Assembly (NCBI GenBank): GCA_964568735.1
Contig: CAZMRF010000008.1
Coordinates: 42,261-101,633, forward strand
DNA from: an uncultured Acidobacteriota bacterium
GTDB taxonomy: Bacteria > Acidobacteriota > Polarisedimenticolia > JACPZX01
Length of the DNA stretch: 59,373 nt
Direction of reading: 5' to 3'
Positions 10,368-21,849 of the stretch are shown piece by piece; the first letter of the stretch is position 1; the number at the start of each line of letters is the position of its first letter. Both the position numbers and the translations under genes were made by a program. The notes beneath the pieces are model-generated. The model was not told the DNA's origin, ran no database searches, and saw only the letters and a list, made by a program, of their open reading frames with translations.

Positions 10368-10424
10368 AGCCCGAAGATCGCGCATCGCACCCCAGGACGC
10401 GCTCATCGTGTCCCTGCACGCTCC

Positions 10425-10454
10425 TTGACACGGCTGGGGAGCCCCGGCTACGAT
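10425..10454 (+). promoter_or_regulatory. Candidate sigma-70 promoter (TTGACA-18-TACGAT) upstream of the acyl-CoA dehydrogenase pair
   Basis: TTGACA at 10425-10430, TACGAT at 10449-10454, in a 148-nt intergenic region. Confidence 0.3.
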
Positions 10455-10515
10455 GCCGTCTATTCCTTGAAACTAAAGAGAGTTACGTGACGCCCGCCCA
10501 TCTGGATACCACGAC

Positions 10516-11661
10516 ATGAGACTCGAGCTCGACCAGGACCACGTGATGCTGCGGGACACCCTCCGGCGATTCGCCGAGAGCGAGATTGAGCCGAAGGCCG
10601 CCCACCACGACCGTACGCGGGAGTTTCCGCGCGAGTCCGTCAGGAAGAGCGCTGAGCTGGGCCTGATGGGCGTCATGGTCGACCCATCGCACGGCGGGGC
10701 CGGCCTGGACGCTCTCTCCTACGTGATCGCCATCGAGGAGATCTCCAGGGTGGATGCCTCTCTCGGCGTCATCCTCTCCGTGAACAACTCGCTCTACTGC
10801 CACCCCATCGAGAAGTTCGGGACCGAGGAGCAGAAGAAGAGATACCTGGCCCCCTTCGCGGCCGGGGAAAAGATCGGAGCCTACTGCCTCACCGAGGCCA
10901 ATTCGGGCTCGGACGCGGGGAGCTTGAGGACTTCCGCCGTGCGCAAGGGCGACCGCTGGGTCCTGAACGGATCCAAGGTCTTCGTCACGAACGGGATCGC
11001 CGCCGACGCCTGCATCGTCTACGCGAAGAGCGAGGCGGGGGCCCCCGGCTCCCGCGGGATCTCGGCCTTCATCGTGGAGCGGGGCTTTCCGGGGTACTCG
11101 CTGGGCAAGCCGGAGACGAAGCTCGGGATCACCTCTTCGGGATCGGTGGAGGTCGTCCTGACGGATTGCGAGGTGCCCGCGGGGAATCTCCTCGGCGAGG
11201 AGGGAGCCGGGTTCAAGGTGGCCCTCCACACCCTCGACGGCGGGCGCATCGGCATCGCCGCGCAGGCCGTCGGCATCGCCCAGGGCGCCCTCGACAAGTC
11301 GGTCCGGTATGCGAAGGAGCGCGTGCAGTTCGGGAAGCCCATCGCCGAGCAGCAATCGATCCAGTGGATGCTCGCGGACATGGCCACCGACACCGACGCG
11401 GCGCGATTGCTCACCTACCGCGCCGCCCACGCCAAGGAGACGAAGGAGCGATACACGCTCGAAGCCTCGATGGCGAAGCTCTTCGCGTCGGAGGTGTGCA
11501 ACCGGGTGGCCTACAAGGCGGTGCAGATCTTCGGCGGCTACGGGTACATCTCCGAGTACCCCGTGGAACGCTACTTCCGCGACGCCCGCATCACGGAAAT
11601 CTACGAAGGCACCAGCGAGATCCAGCGGATGGTGATCGCGGCCAACATCCTCAAGGGGTAG
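10516..11661 (+). CDS. Acyl-CoA dehydrogenase
   Basis: 381 aa. ACAD motifs YCLTEANSGSDAGS, QIFGGYGYISEYPVERYFRDARITEIYEGTSEIQR. Confidence 0.9.
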   Translation: MRLELDQDHVMLRDTLRRFAESEIEPKAAHHDRTREFPRESVRKSAELGLMGVMVDPSHGGAGLDALSYVIAIEEISRVDASLGVILSVNNSLYCHPIEKFGTEEQKKRYLAPFAAGEKIGAYCLTEANSGSDAGSLRTSAVRKGDRWVLNGSKVFVTNGIAADACIVYAKSEAGAPGSRGISAFIVERGFPGYSLGKPETKLGITSSGSVEVVLTDCEVPAGNLLGEEGAGFKVALHTLDGGRIGIAAQAVGIAQGALDKSVRYAKERVQFGKPIAEQQSIQWMLADMATDTDAARLLTYRAAHAKETKERYTLEASMAKLFASEVCNRVAYKAVQIFGGYGYISEYPVERYFRDARITEIYEGTSEIQRMVIAANILKG

Positions 11662-11666
11662 CCGGC

Positions 11667-12815
11667 TTGGACTTCAGCCTGAGCGAGGAGCAGGGGATCC
11701 TCAGGGAGACGATCCGCGAGTTCGCGGCATCGGAGATCGCCCCTGTGGCCGGCGAGTACGAGCGACGCGAGGAGTTCCCCGCGGCCCTCATCGCCAAGCT
11801 CGCGGAGCTGGGGATCATGGGGATGTCGATCCCCGAGAAGCACGGCGGCGCGGGCTACGGGCCTCTCTCCGTCGCGCTCGTGCTCGAAGAGCTGGCCGCG
11901 GCGTGCGCTTCGACGGCGGTGACCGTGAGCGTGCACAACACGGCCTCCGCGGGTCCCATCGCCCGCTTCGGCACCTCCGAGCAGAAGGAGCATTACCTCC
12001 CGGCCATGGCATCGGGCGAGATGCTCGGAGGCTTTGCTCTCACCGAGCCGACCGCCGGGTCGGACGCCGCCGGCATCAGGACCACGGCCGAGAAGAGGGG
12101 AGACCGGTACATCCTCAACGGCACGAAGGCCTGGATCACGAACGCGAGGGTCGGCCGCGTCTTCGTGCTCTTCGCGCTGACGGACCCCTCGCGCGGAAAG
12201 AAGGGCATGTCGGCTTTCATCGTGGAGCCCTCCCTTCCCGGATTCTCTTTCGGCAAGTCCGAGCACAAGCTCGGGCTTCGGGCCTCCACGACGGGCGAGA
12301 TCGTGCTCGAGGGATGCGAGGTTCCGGAGGAGAACCTGCTCGGGGAAGAGGGGTTGGGGTTCACGATTGCGCTCTCCACTCTCGATCGCGGCCGGGTCGG
12401 CATCGCGGCGCAGGCCATCGGCATCGCCCGCGCCGCCTTCGAGGCCGCCCGGGCCCACGCACTAAGCCGGGAGGCCTTCGGCGCCCCCATCGGGCGCCTT
12501 CAGGCGATCCAGAACAAGCTGGCCGACATGGCCGTGGATCTGGACGCCGCCCGCCTGCTGACCCACCGCGCGGCCTGGCTGATGGAGTCGGGCGCGAAAG
12601 AGTTCACGAGGGAGGCCGCGCAGGCCAAGCTCTACGCCTCCGAGATGGGGAACCGCGTTTGCTACGAGGCGCTCCAGGTATTCGGCGGGTATGGCTACTC
12701 GCGGGAGTACCCCCTGGAGCGCTACTTCCGCGATGTCCGCGTCACGACGCTCTACGAGGGCACGTCGGAGATTCACAGGATCATCATCGCTCGCAGGCTC
12801 CTCACGGCTGCCTGA
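11667..12815 (+). CDS. Acyl-CoA dehydrogenase (second, tandem paralog; TTG start)
   Basis: FALTEPTAGSDAAG, QVFGGYGYSREYPLERYFRDVRVTTLYEGTSEIHR; ~382 aa starting LDFSLSEEQGILRETIREF. Confidence 0.85.
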   Translation: MDFSLSEEQGILRETIREFAASEIAPVAGEYERREEFPAALIAKLAELGIMGMSIPEKHGGAGYGPLSVALVLEELAAACASTAVTVSVHNTASAGPIARFGTSEQKEHYLPAMASGEMLGGFALTEPTAGSDAAGIRTTAEKRGDRYILNGTKAWITNARVGRVFVLFALTDPSRGKKGMSAFIVEPSLPGFSFGKSEHKLGLRASTTGEIVLEGCEVPEENLLGEEGLGFTIALSTLDRGRVGIAAQAIGIARAAFEAARAHALSREAFGAPIGRLQAIQNKLADMAVDLDAARLLTHRAAWLMESGAKEFTREAAQAKLYASEMGNRVCYEALQVFGGYGYSREYPLERYFRDVRVTTLYEGTSEIHRIIIARRLLTAA

Positions 12816-12842
12816 GGGACGCAGGGATCGGGAGATCAGACG

Positions 12843-14510
12843 ATGGCGAGGACCCTGTCGGGAGAAAAGCGGCGCTGGGAGCAGGAGACGCTCCAGCCGG
12901 GGCTCGCGCGGCGCCCGGAGCGCGACGTCCGGTTCACGACGGTTTCCGATCAGCCCCTGGAGCGGCTCTACACCCCCGAGGACCTCTCGCCCGGCTGGGA
13001 TCCCGTGCGGGACCTGGGGCAGCCCGGAGAGTTTCCCTACACGCGCGGCATCCACCCGACGATGTACCGCGGCCGGCTGTGGACGATGCGCCAGTTCGCC
13101 GGCTTCGGCTCCGCGGCGGACACGAACGAGCGCTACCGGTATCTGCTGGCTCACGGCCAGACGGGCCTCTCGGTGGCCTTCGATCTCCCCACCCTGATGG
13201 GCCGCGACAGCGACGACCCCATGGCGGAGGGCGAGGTGGGCCGCGAGGGGGTCGCGATCGACTGCCTGGCCGACATGGAGGCCCTCTTCGCGGAAATCCC
13301 CCTGGCGAAGGTCAGCACCTCGATGACCATCAACTCGCCCGCCGCGATCCTCTGGGCGATGTACCTGGTCGTCGCCGAGAAGCAGGGGGCCGACTGGAAG
13401 GTGCTCGACGGGACCATCCAGAATGACATCCTCAAGGAGTACATCGCGCAGAAGGAGTGGATCTACCCGCCGCGCCCCTCGCTGCGGATCATCACGGACA
13501 TCATGTCGTTCGCCGCCTCCGACGTGCCCCGCTGGAACACGATCAGCATCAGCGGGTACCACATCCGCGAAGCCGGCTCGACGGCCATCCAGGAGCTGGC
13601 CTTCACGATCGCCGATGGGATCGGCTACGTCGAGGCCGCGCGCGAGGCGGGCCTCGATCCCGATCAGGTGGCTCCCAGGCTTTCCTTCTTCTTCAACTCC
13701 CACAACGATTTCTTCGAGGAGATCTGCAAGCTGAGAGCGGCCCGGCGCCTGTGGGCCCGCCTGATGAAGGACCGGTTCGGCGCCACCGATCCCCGGTCGT
13801 GGATGCTGCGCACCCACGTCCAGACGGCCGGGTGCTCGCTGACGGCGCAGCAGCCCTACAACAACATCGTCCGGGTCACGGTCCAGGCGATGGCCGCGAT
13901 CCTCGGCGGCACGCAGAGCCTCCATACGAACTCTCTGGACGAGACGCTCTCACTCCCGACCCAGGAGGCGGTGACCATCGCGCTGAGGACCCAGCAGATT
14001 CTCGCCGAGGAGAGCGGGCTGGCGAACTCGATCGATCCGCTGGGCGGCTCCTACCTCATCGAGCGCCTCACCGCCGAGATGGAGGAGGGGGCCCTCGACT
14101 ACATCCGGAAGATCGATGCGATGGGCGGAATCGTCGCGGCCATCGAGAAAGGGTTCCCCCAGAAAGAGATCGCCGATGCGGCCTACAAGTACCAGATCCA
14201 GGTCGACTCGGGGGAGAAGACGATCGTGGGGGTGAACAAGTACGCCGTGGAGGACGATCGCAAGCCCGAGATTCTGAAGATCCACGCCGACATCGAGCGC
14301 GATCAGGTACGCCGGCTCACCGAGGTCAGGCGCTCCAGGGACGCCTCCCGGCACGCCAGGGCCCTGGAAGCGCTGCGCCTCGGCGCCGAAGGCGACCGCA
14401 ACCTCATGCCTCTGATCCTCGAGGCCGTGCGCGCCCATGCCACCGTCGGGGAAATCTGCGGCGCCATGAAATCCGTTTTTGGAGAGTACCGGGAGCAGAG
14501 CGTCCTCTGA
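12843..14510 (+). CDS. Acyl-CoA mutase large (substrate-binding TIM-barrel) subunit; methylmalonyl-/isobutyryl-CoA mutase family
   Basis: 555 aa. [38 protein letters not shown] and the rest of the mutase TIM barrel. No C-terminal B12 domain; that is encoded separately downstream. Confidence 0.9.
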   Translation: MARTLSGEKRRWEQETLQPGLARRPERDVRFTTVSDQPLERLYTPEDLSPGWDPVRDLGQPGEFPYTRGIHPTMYRGRLWTMRQFAGFGSAADTNERYRYLLAHGQTGLSVAFDLPTLMGRDSDDPMAEGEVGREGVAIDCLADMEALFAEIPLAKVSTSMTINSPAAILWAMYLVVAEKQGADWKVLDGTIQNDILKEYIAQKEWIYPPRPSLRIITDIMSFAASDVPRWNTISISGYHIREAGSTAIQELAFTIADGIGYVEAAREAGLDPDQVAPRLSFFFNSHNDFFEEICKLRAARRLWARLMKDRFGATDPRSWMLRTHVQTAGCSLTAQQPYNNIVRVTVQAMAAILGGTQSLHTNSLDETLSLPTQEAVTIALRTQQILAEESGLANSIDPLGGSYLIERLTAEMEEGALDYIRKIDAMGGIVAAIEKGFPQKEIADAAYKYQIQVDSGEKTIVGVNKYAVEDDRKPEILKIHADIERDQVRRLTEVRRSRDASRHARALEALRLGAEGDRNLMPLILEAVRAHATVGEICGAMKSVFGEYREQSVL

Positions 14511-14530
14511 TCTCGTCACGCGGGGGAGAC

Positions 14531-14950
14531 ATGGCCGCTTCGGGCCTCAGACTGCTGGTGGGAAAGGTGGGCCTCGACGGGCACGACCGCGGGGCGAAAA
14601 TCGTCGCGCGCGCGCTGCGCGACGCGGGCTGCGAGGTGATTTACACGGGACTTCATCAGACTCCCGAGATGGTCGTGAACGCCGCGATCCAGGAAGACGT
14701 CGATGCCATCTGCCTCAGCATCCTCTCGGGAGCGCACAACACGCTGCTGCCCAAGGTGATCCGCCTCCTCTCCGAGAAGGAGGCGGCGGACATCCCCGTC
14801 GTGGTGGGCGGGATCATCCCGGACGAGGACATCGATGCGCTCAAGAAGGCCGGCGTCCTCGAAGTCTTCACACCGGGAGCTTCGACCCGGCAGATCGTCG
14901 AGTTCATCCAGGGCCGGATCCACCGCCGCCGAGGAGCGGCCGATCGTTGA
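14531..14950 (+). CDS. Acyl-CoA mutase small subunit (cobalamin-binding domain)
   Basis: 139 aa. B12-binding motif [30 protein letters not shown], plus [12 protein letters not shown] and VVVGGIIP. Confidence 0.9.
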   Translation: MAASGLRLLVGKVGLDGHDRGAKIVARALRDAGCEVIYTGLHQTPEMVVNAAIQEDVDAICLSILSGAHNTLLPKVIRLLSEKEAADIPVVVGGIIPDEDIDALKKAGVLEVFTPGASTRQIVEFIQGRIHRRRGAADR

Positions 14951-14997
14951 AGAGACCAGGCCACCAGTCCACCGGCCTCGGCAACGGCGCCTCCTCG

Positions 14998-15417
14998 ATG
15001 CAAGCCGCCCCGGCCCTCAGCGTGCTGACCTTCGAGGTCGGACCCTATCTCTTCGCGGTACCGGCGTCGGACGTGAGGAGAATCCTCAACTCGGGAGAGC
15101 AGCCTCCGGAGGGAACCACGATCGTGGACGCCGTCGGTCTGCTCCACGAAACAGAAGGCGCGGAATCCACGGGCCGGGAGGTTCTGCTCCTCCTGGCGGG
15201 AAGCACCCCTGCCGGATCGCCGCTCGCGGTGAGGGCCTCGCGGGCTGCGGAGGTGCGCCCGCTCAGGCCGGAGTGGCTGCTTCCATTTCCCGGCTTCATC
15301 TTCCGCAGGGAGAATCCTTTCCTCGGACTCGTTCCTCCGGGCGCGGGCTCGGAAACGAGGCCGGTCTTCGTTCTTGCGGGCCCGGAGAGGCTGCTGGCAT
15401 GCGCGGGCGACCTCTAG
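14998..15417 (+). CDS. CheW-like domain protein (degenerate)
   Basis: VLTFEVGPYLFAVPASDVRRIL resembles the CheW N-terminal motif (LTF.LG.E.YGI.V..V.EI), with C-terminal PVFVLAGPERLL. 140 aa. Confidence 0.55.
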   Translation: MQAAPALSVLTFEVGPYLFAVPASDVRRILNSGEQPPEGTTIVDAVGLLHETEGAESTGREVLLLLAGSTPAGSPLAVRASRAAEVRPLRPEWLLPFPGFIFRRENPFLGLVPPGAGSETRPVFVLAGPERLLACAGDL

Positions 15418-15863
15418 CGGGCGTCCCCTGGGTCGGGTTCCTGATCGACGAGGTCGCTCTCGCCGTCGAGGCGAGACTGGTCAAGGCGGTCACCTGGAGC
15501 CGGGGCCTCATCCGGGTGCCCTTCGTGAAGCGGAGCGTCGCCGGCGTGATCGTGCGGGGCGGAAGGATCGTCCCGGTCCTGGACCTGGCCCTGGTGCCCT
15601 CGGCGTGGAACCGAATGCCCCGCCCGGGCGGGAGCCAGGTCGTGATCGTCGGGGAGGGCGAGATGGAAGCCGGCATCCTCGCCCGCTCCACCGAGACCTT
15701 CCACGCCGCGGAGCTCCATGCGGCGACTGGAGGAGGGAGCCTTGCGCGGGTGAGGGAGTCCCTCCTGGAGGGGATTGTCGAGGTGGCCGGTAGAACGTAC
15801 GGGGTCTTGAAGATTTCCGTGGCGCTGCACGCGGCCGGGGTGCCGCAGACCTTCTCCGGGTAG
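15399..15863 (+). CDS. CheW-like domain protein (second copy, overlapping the first by 19 nt)
   Basis: VGFLIDEVALAVEARLVKAVTW...VAGVIVRGGRIVPVLDL...QVVIVGEGEMEAGILARSTETF fits CheW topology. 154 aa. Confidence 0.55.
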   Translation: MRGRPLAGVPWVGFLIDEVALAVEARLVKAVTWSRGLIRVPFVKRSVAGVIVRGGRIVPVLDLALVPSAWNRMPRPGGSQVVIVGEGEMEAGILARSTETFHAAELHAATGGGSLARVRESLLEGIVEVAGRTYGVLKISVALHAAGVPQTFSG

Positions 15864-15896
15864 TCCGGAGGCACGAGGAGAGAGGGCGACGAGACC

Positions 15897-16781
15897 ATGG
15901 CGAAGAAGATCCTGCTGGCCGATGACAGCATCACCATCCAGAAGGTCGTCGAGCTGACCTTCTCCGAAGGCGACTATGAGGTGTTCTGCGCGAGCGATGG
16001 CGCCCAGGCGATACGGAAGATCGAGGAGATCGTTCCCGACATCGCCCTCGTGGACGTCATGATGCCGCAGAGGAACGGGTACGACGTCTGCGCGCACGTC
16101 AAGAAGGATCCGAACCTCGCATGGATCCCCGTGCTCCTCCTCACCGGCACCTTCGAGCCGTACGATCCGAAGCGCGCCGGCGAGGTCGGAGCCGACGGGC
16201 ACATCATCAAGCCCTTCGAATCCAGGGCCCTCGTGGGCCAGGTCGAGGATCTCGTGTCGCGCCATCCGAGACCTGGAGCCAGGGGAGAGTCACGGGCACC
16301 CGTGATGCCGCCTCCGGCCGCCGCGCCCCAGGAAGCGAGGGAGAGACCGGCACCTGCGCCCCCGGCCGCTCTGGGCCCCGCGACCGTGCGGATCGACTCC
16401 CGCGCCTTCTTCAACCAGATGGAGCCGGCGGCGCCCCCGGCCGCGCCCACGCCGTCCCTGGGCCCGCTGGATCTCGGCTCAGGGGAGGGATCCATCGAGC
16501 CAACCCGGCCCATGCGCGCCACCGCGCCCCGTCCTCCCGCTCCCGCCCCCGTGGCAGCCACCGTCCCGAAGAGCGCGGGCCCCCGGGAGGAGGACATCGC
16601 GCGAGCCGCCCGGGAGAAGGTCGAGGAGCTGGCGAGGCCGATCATCGAGAAAGCGGCCGAGAAGATCATCCAGGAAATCGCCTGGGAGGTCATCCCCGAG
16701 CTTGCAGAGACGATCATCAAGCACAGGATCAAGGAGCTCGAGGAAGAGGCCGCCTCGGAGGGGGGAGCCCCGCTCCACTGA
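15897..16781 (+). CDS. Response regulator: receiver domain plus Pro/Ala-rich linker plus Glu-rich alpha-helical C-terminal segment (RomR-like architecture)
   Basis: REC: KILLADDSITIQKVVE...LVDVMMPQRNGYDV...HIIKPFE. An ~110-aa PAPAP-rich linker follows, then C-terminal EEDIARAAREKVEELARPIIEKAAEKIIQEIAWEVIPELAETIIKHRIKELEEEAASEG. Confidence 0.7.
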   Translation: MAKKILLADDSITIQKVVELTFSEGDYEVFCASDGAQAIRKIEEIVPDIALVDVMMPQRNGYDVCAHVKKDPNLAWIPVLLLTGTFEPYDPKRAGEVGADGHIIKPFESRALVGQVEDLVSRHPRPGARGESRAPVMPPPAAAPQEARERPAPAPPAALGPATVRIDSRAFFNQMEPAAPPAAPTPSLGPLDLGSGEGSIEPTRPMRATAPRPPAPAPVAATVPKSAGPREEDIARAAREKVEELARPIIEKAAEKIIQEIAWEVIPELAETIIKHRIKELEEEAASEGGAPLH

Positions 16782-19391
<2,610 letters not shown>

Positions 19392-19416
19392 CGGACCGAT
19401 CCAGCAGGGATGGACG

Positions 19417-20268
19417 ATGACGCGCGTGCCGCCCCACCTGATTTCGAGTCTCGTGCGAGAGGCGCTCGCCGAGGACATCGGTCCGGGGGACGTGACCACC
19501 GAAGCGATCGTGCCCGAGGAGCTGCTCGCGCGCGGCTCGATAGAGGCCAGGATGCCGATGGTCCTCTCGGGCCTGGCCCTGGCGCTCGAGAGCTTCCGGC
19601 AGCTCGACTCGAGCGTGAGCGTCCTCGCCTCCGCCGTGGATGGCGACCAGCTCGAGGAGGGAGAAGCCGTCCTCGTGCTGAAGGGCCGTGCACGAGCCCT
19701 GCTCACGGGGGAGCGGACGGCTCTCAACTTTCTCGGGCACCTGAGCGGTGTGGCGACGTGGACCCGGCGCTGTGTCGAGGCCGCAAGACCCCACCGCGCG
19801 GCGATATCGGACACGCGGAAGACGACGCCGACCCTTCGGCTCCTCGAGAAGGAGGCGGTGCTCTGCGGCGGCGGATCCAATCACCGCCTCGGCTTGTGGG
19901 ACGCCGTGCTCGTGAAGGACAATCACTCCGATCTCGCGGGAGGCGTCGGCCCCGCGGTCACGCGGGCGAAGGAGGCCCTCCGGGGACGACTCCCCGTGGA
20001 GGCGGAAGTCCGCACGCTCGAAGAGCTGGAGGAGGCGCTCCGGGCTGGAGCGGACGCAGTCCTGCTGGACAATTTCACCGTCGACGATCTCGGCGAGGCC
20101 GTGCGCCGGGCCAGGGGCAGGGCCCTCATCGAGGTCTCCGGAGGCGTGACTCCGACAACGCTGCCCGTGATCGCCGCCCTCGGAGTCGATCGCATCTCGA
20201 TGGGCGCGCTGACCCACTCCGCGCCGGCTGCCGACCTGACCATGAGGATTGAGCCGTGGAAGAGATGA
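19417..20268 (+). CDS. nadC: Nicotinate-nucleotide diphosphorylase (carboxylating)
   Basis: TGERTALNFLGHLSGVATWT, AAISDTRKTTPTLRLLEKEAVLCGGGSNHR, LLDNF..., IEVSGGV. Confidence 0.9.
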   Translation: MTRVPPHLISSLVREALAEDIGPGDVTTEAIVPEELLARGSIEARMPMVLSGLALALESFRQLDSSVSVLASAVDGDQLEEGEAVLVLKGRARALLTGERTALNFLGHLSGVATWTRRCVEAARPHRAAISDTRKTTPTLRLLEKEAVLCGGGSNHRLGLWDAVLVKDNHSDLAGGVGPAVTRAKEALRGRLPVEAEVRTLEELEEALRAGADAVLLDNFTVDDLGEAVRRARGRALIEVSGGVTPTTLPVIAALGVDRISMGALTHSAPAADLTMRIEPWKR

Positions 20269-21098
20269 AGGCAGTGGAAAACGAGAGGGATGCCCGGATC
20301 GACAAGGTGGTTCTCCGCAAGAGCCTGGGCGATCGGCTCCTCGGGCACCGTCTCCTCTATTTTCTGACGCTGCCTTCGACCAACCGGCACGTACGGGAGC
20401 TGGCCGAGGACGGCTGGCCCGAGGGGACCATCGTCATGGCCGAGGAGCAGACGGCCGGGCGCGGCCGATCCGGGCATACGTGGCATTCGCCGCCGGGCGT
20501 CGGGATTCACCTGTCGATCCTGCTCAAGCCGCGCCTCGCCGCGGAGAGGGTCCCGCTCCTCACGCTGATGGCGGCGGTCGGCACGGCTCGCGGGCTGCGC
20601 GATCGCGGGCACGAGGCCGAGATCAAGTGGCCCAACGATCTGATGCTGAAGGGGAGGAAGATCGGCGGCATCCTCGCCGAGACGCGCTTCAGGCCCGCGT
20701 CCCCCCCCGAGGTGGTGCTCGGGCTCGGGCTCAACGTCAACCACCGGGAGGAGCATTTCCCGGCCCCTCTGCTTCCGGGCGCGGGCTCGATCCGGATCCT
20801 GACGGGACGGGATGCGGACCGGACCGCCCTCCTCACGAACATCCTGATCCAGATGGACTCGCTTTACGACCGGCTCAAGGACGGAGACGAAGGAGGCCTC
20901 GTCGAGGACTACGTGAGCCTCTGCCCGATGGCGAACGGCGCGGCGATCTCCGTCCAGCAGGGAAGCGAGGTCGTCAGCGGCAAGACTTCGGGCATCGGGC
21001 CGACGGGAGCCCTCAGGCTGGCGACGGCCTCGGGCATCCTGGAGCTCCACGCAGGCGAGGCCCGGCTCACCGGGAGCTCCGATGCTCCTCGCGGTTGA
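20256..21098 (+). CDS. birA: Biotin--[acetyl-CoA-carboxylase] ligase (group I, no HTH)
   Basis: AEEQTAGRGRSGHTWHSPPG, KWPNDLMLKGRKIGGILAE. Confidence 0.88.
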   Translation: MEEMKAVENERDARIDKVVLRKSLGDRLLGHRLLYFLTLPSTNRHVRELAEDGWPEGTIVMAEEQTAGRGRSGHTWHSPPGVGIHLSILLKPRLAAERVPLLTLMAAVGTARGLRDRGHEAEIKWPNDLMLKGRKIGGILAETRFRPASPPEVVLGLGLNVNHREEHFPAPLLPGAGSIRILTGRDADRTALLTNILIQMDSLYDRLKDGDEGGLVEDYVSLCPMANGAAISVQQGSEVVSGKTSGIGPTGALRLATASGILELHAGEARLTGSSDAPRG

Positions 21099-21849
21099 CC
21101 TGGGGAACACCCAGGCAACATTTGGACTCTTCCTGGGCGCGTCCCTGGAGGCGGACTTCGCCCTCTCCAGCCTGGCCCCCCGGAGCGCCGACGAGTGGGG
21201 GACGGCCATCCACGCCCAGCTCGCCCTGCGCCGCCTCGACCCCGCCACCGTCGACGCCGGAGTGTTGTGCAGCGTCGTTCCACATCTCACGTCAGCCGTC
21301 ACCGAGGCCCTGGGGCGCTTCTTCAGGATCGACCCGCTCCAGATCGGTCCCGGCACCCGGACGGGGATTCCCATCCTCTACGATCCACCTCAGGATGTGG
21401 GGGCGGATCGCATCGTGAACGCTGTCGCCGCCTTCCACCTCGCGAAGGGCGCGGCCATCGTCGTGGATTTCGGCACCGCCACGACCTTCGACGCGATCAC
21501 CCGGAAGGGCGAGTATGCCGGAGGGGCCATCGCGCCGGGGATCCAGATCGGCGCCGACGCGCTCTTCGCCCGGGCCGCCCGCCTTCCACGCGTCGAGATC
21601 GCGCGTCCCCCCTCCGTCATCGGCAGGACGACGATCCACAGCATCCAGAGCGGCCTCTATCACGGCTACGCCGCCCTCGTGAACGGCATGATCGCGCCGA
21701 TGCGACGCGAGCTCGGCGGCGAGGCCCGCGTCTACGTGACCGGCGGACTCGCCCCGACGCTCGCCGACGCCCTCGAGGGCATCGAGGCGGTCCTCCCTCA
21801 CCTCACGCTCGAAGGCCTGCGGCTCCTCCACCAGAAGAACCGCCCTTGA
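21082..21849 (+). CDS. coaX: Type III pantothenate kinase
   Basis: MLLAVDLGNTQATFGLF, IVVDFGTATTFDAI, GGAIAPG. Confidence 0.9.
   Translation: MLLAVDLGNTQATFGLFLGASLEADFALSSLAPRSADEWGTAIHAQLALRRLDPATVDAGVLCSVVPHLTSAVTEALGRFFRIDPLQIGPGTRTGIPILYDPPQDVGADRIVNAVAAFHLAKGAAIVVDFGTATTFDAITRKGEYAGGAIAPGIQIGADALFARAARLPRVEIARPPSVIGRTTIHSIQSGLYHGYAALVNGMIAPMRRELGGEARVYVTGGLAPTLADALEGIEAVLPHLTLEGLRLLHQKNRP

Noticed and set aside
14998-15863. Considered whether the two small ORFs after the mutase B12 subunit could be MglB/Roadblock-type GAPs rather than CheW
   Set aside because: The N-terminal LTFEVG..FAVP..V..I pattern and the overall beta-rich two-subdomain layout fit CheW, not the Roadblock/LC7 alpha-beta fold. 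No similarity to MglB was seen.
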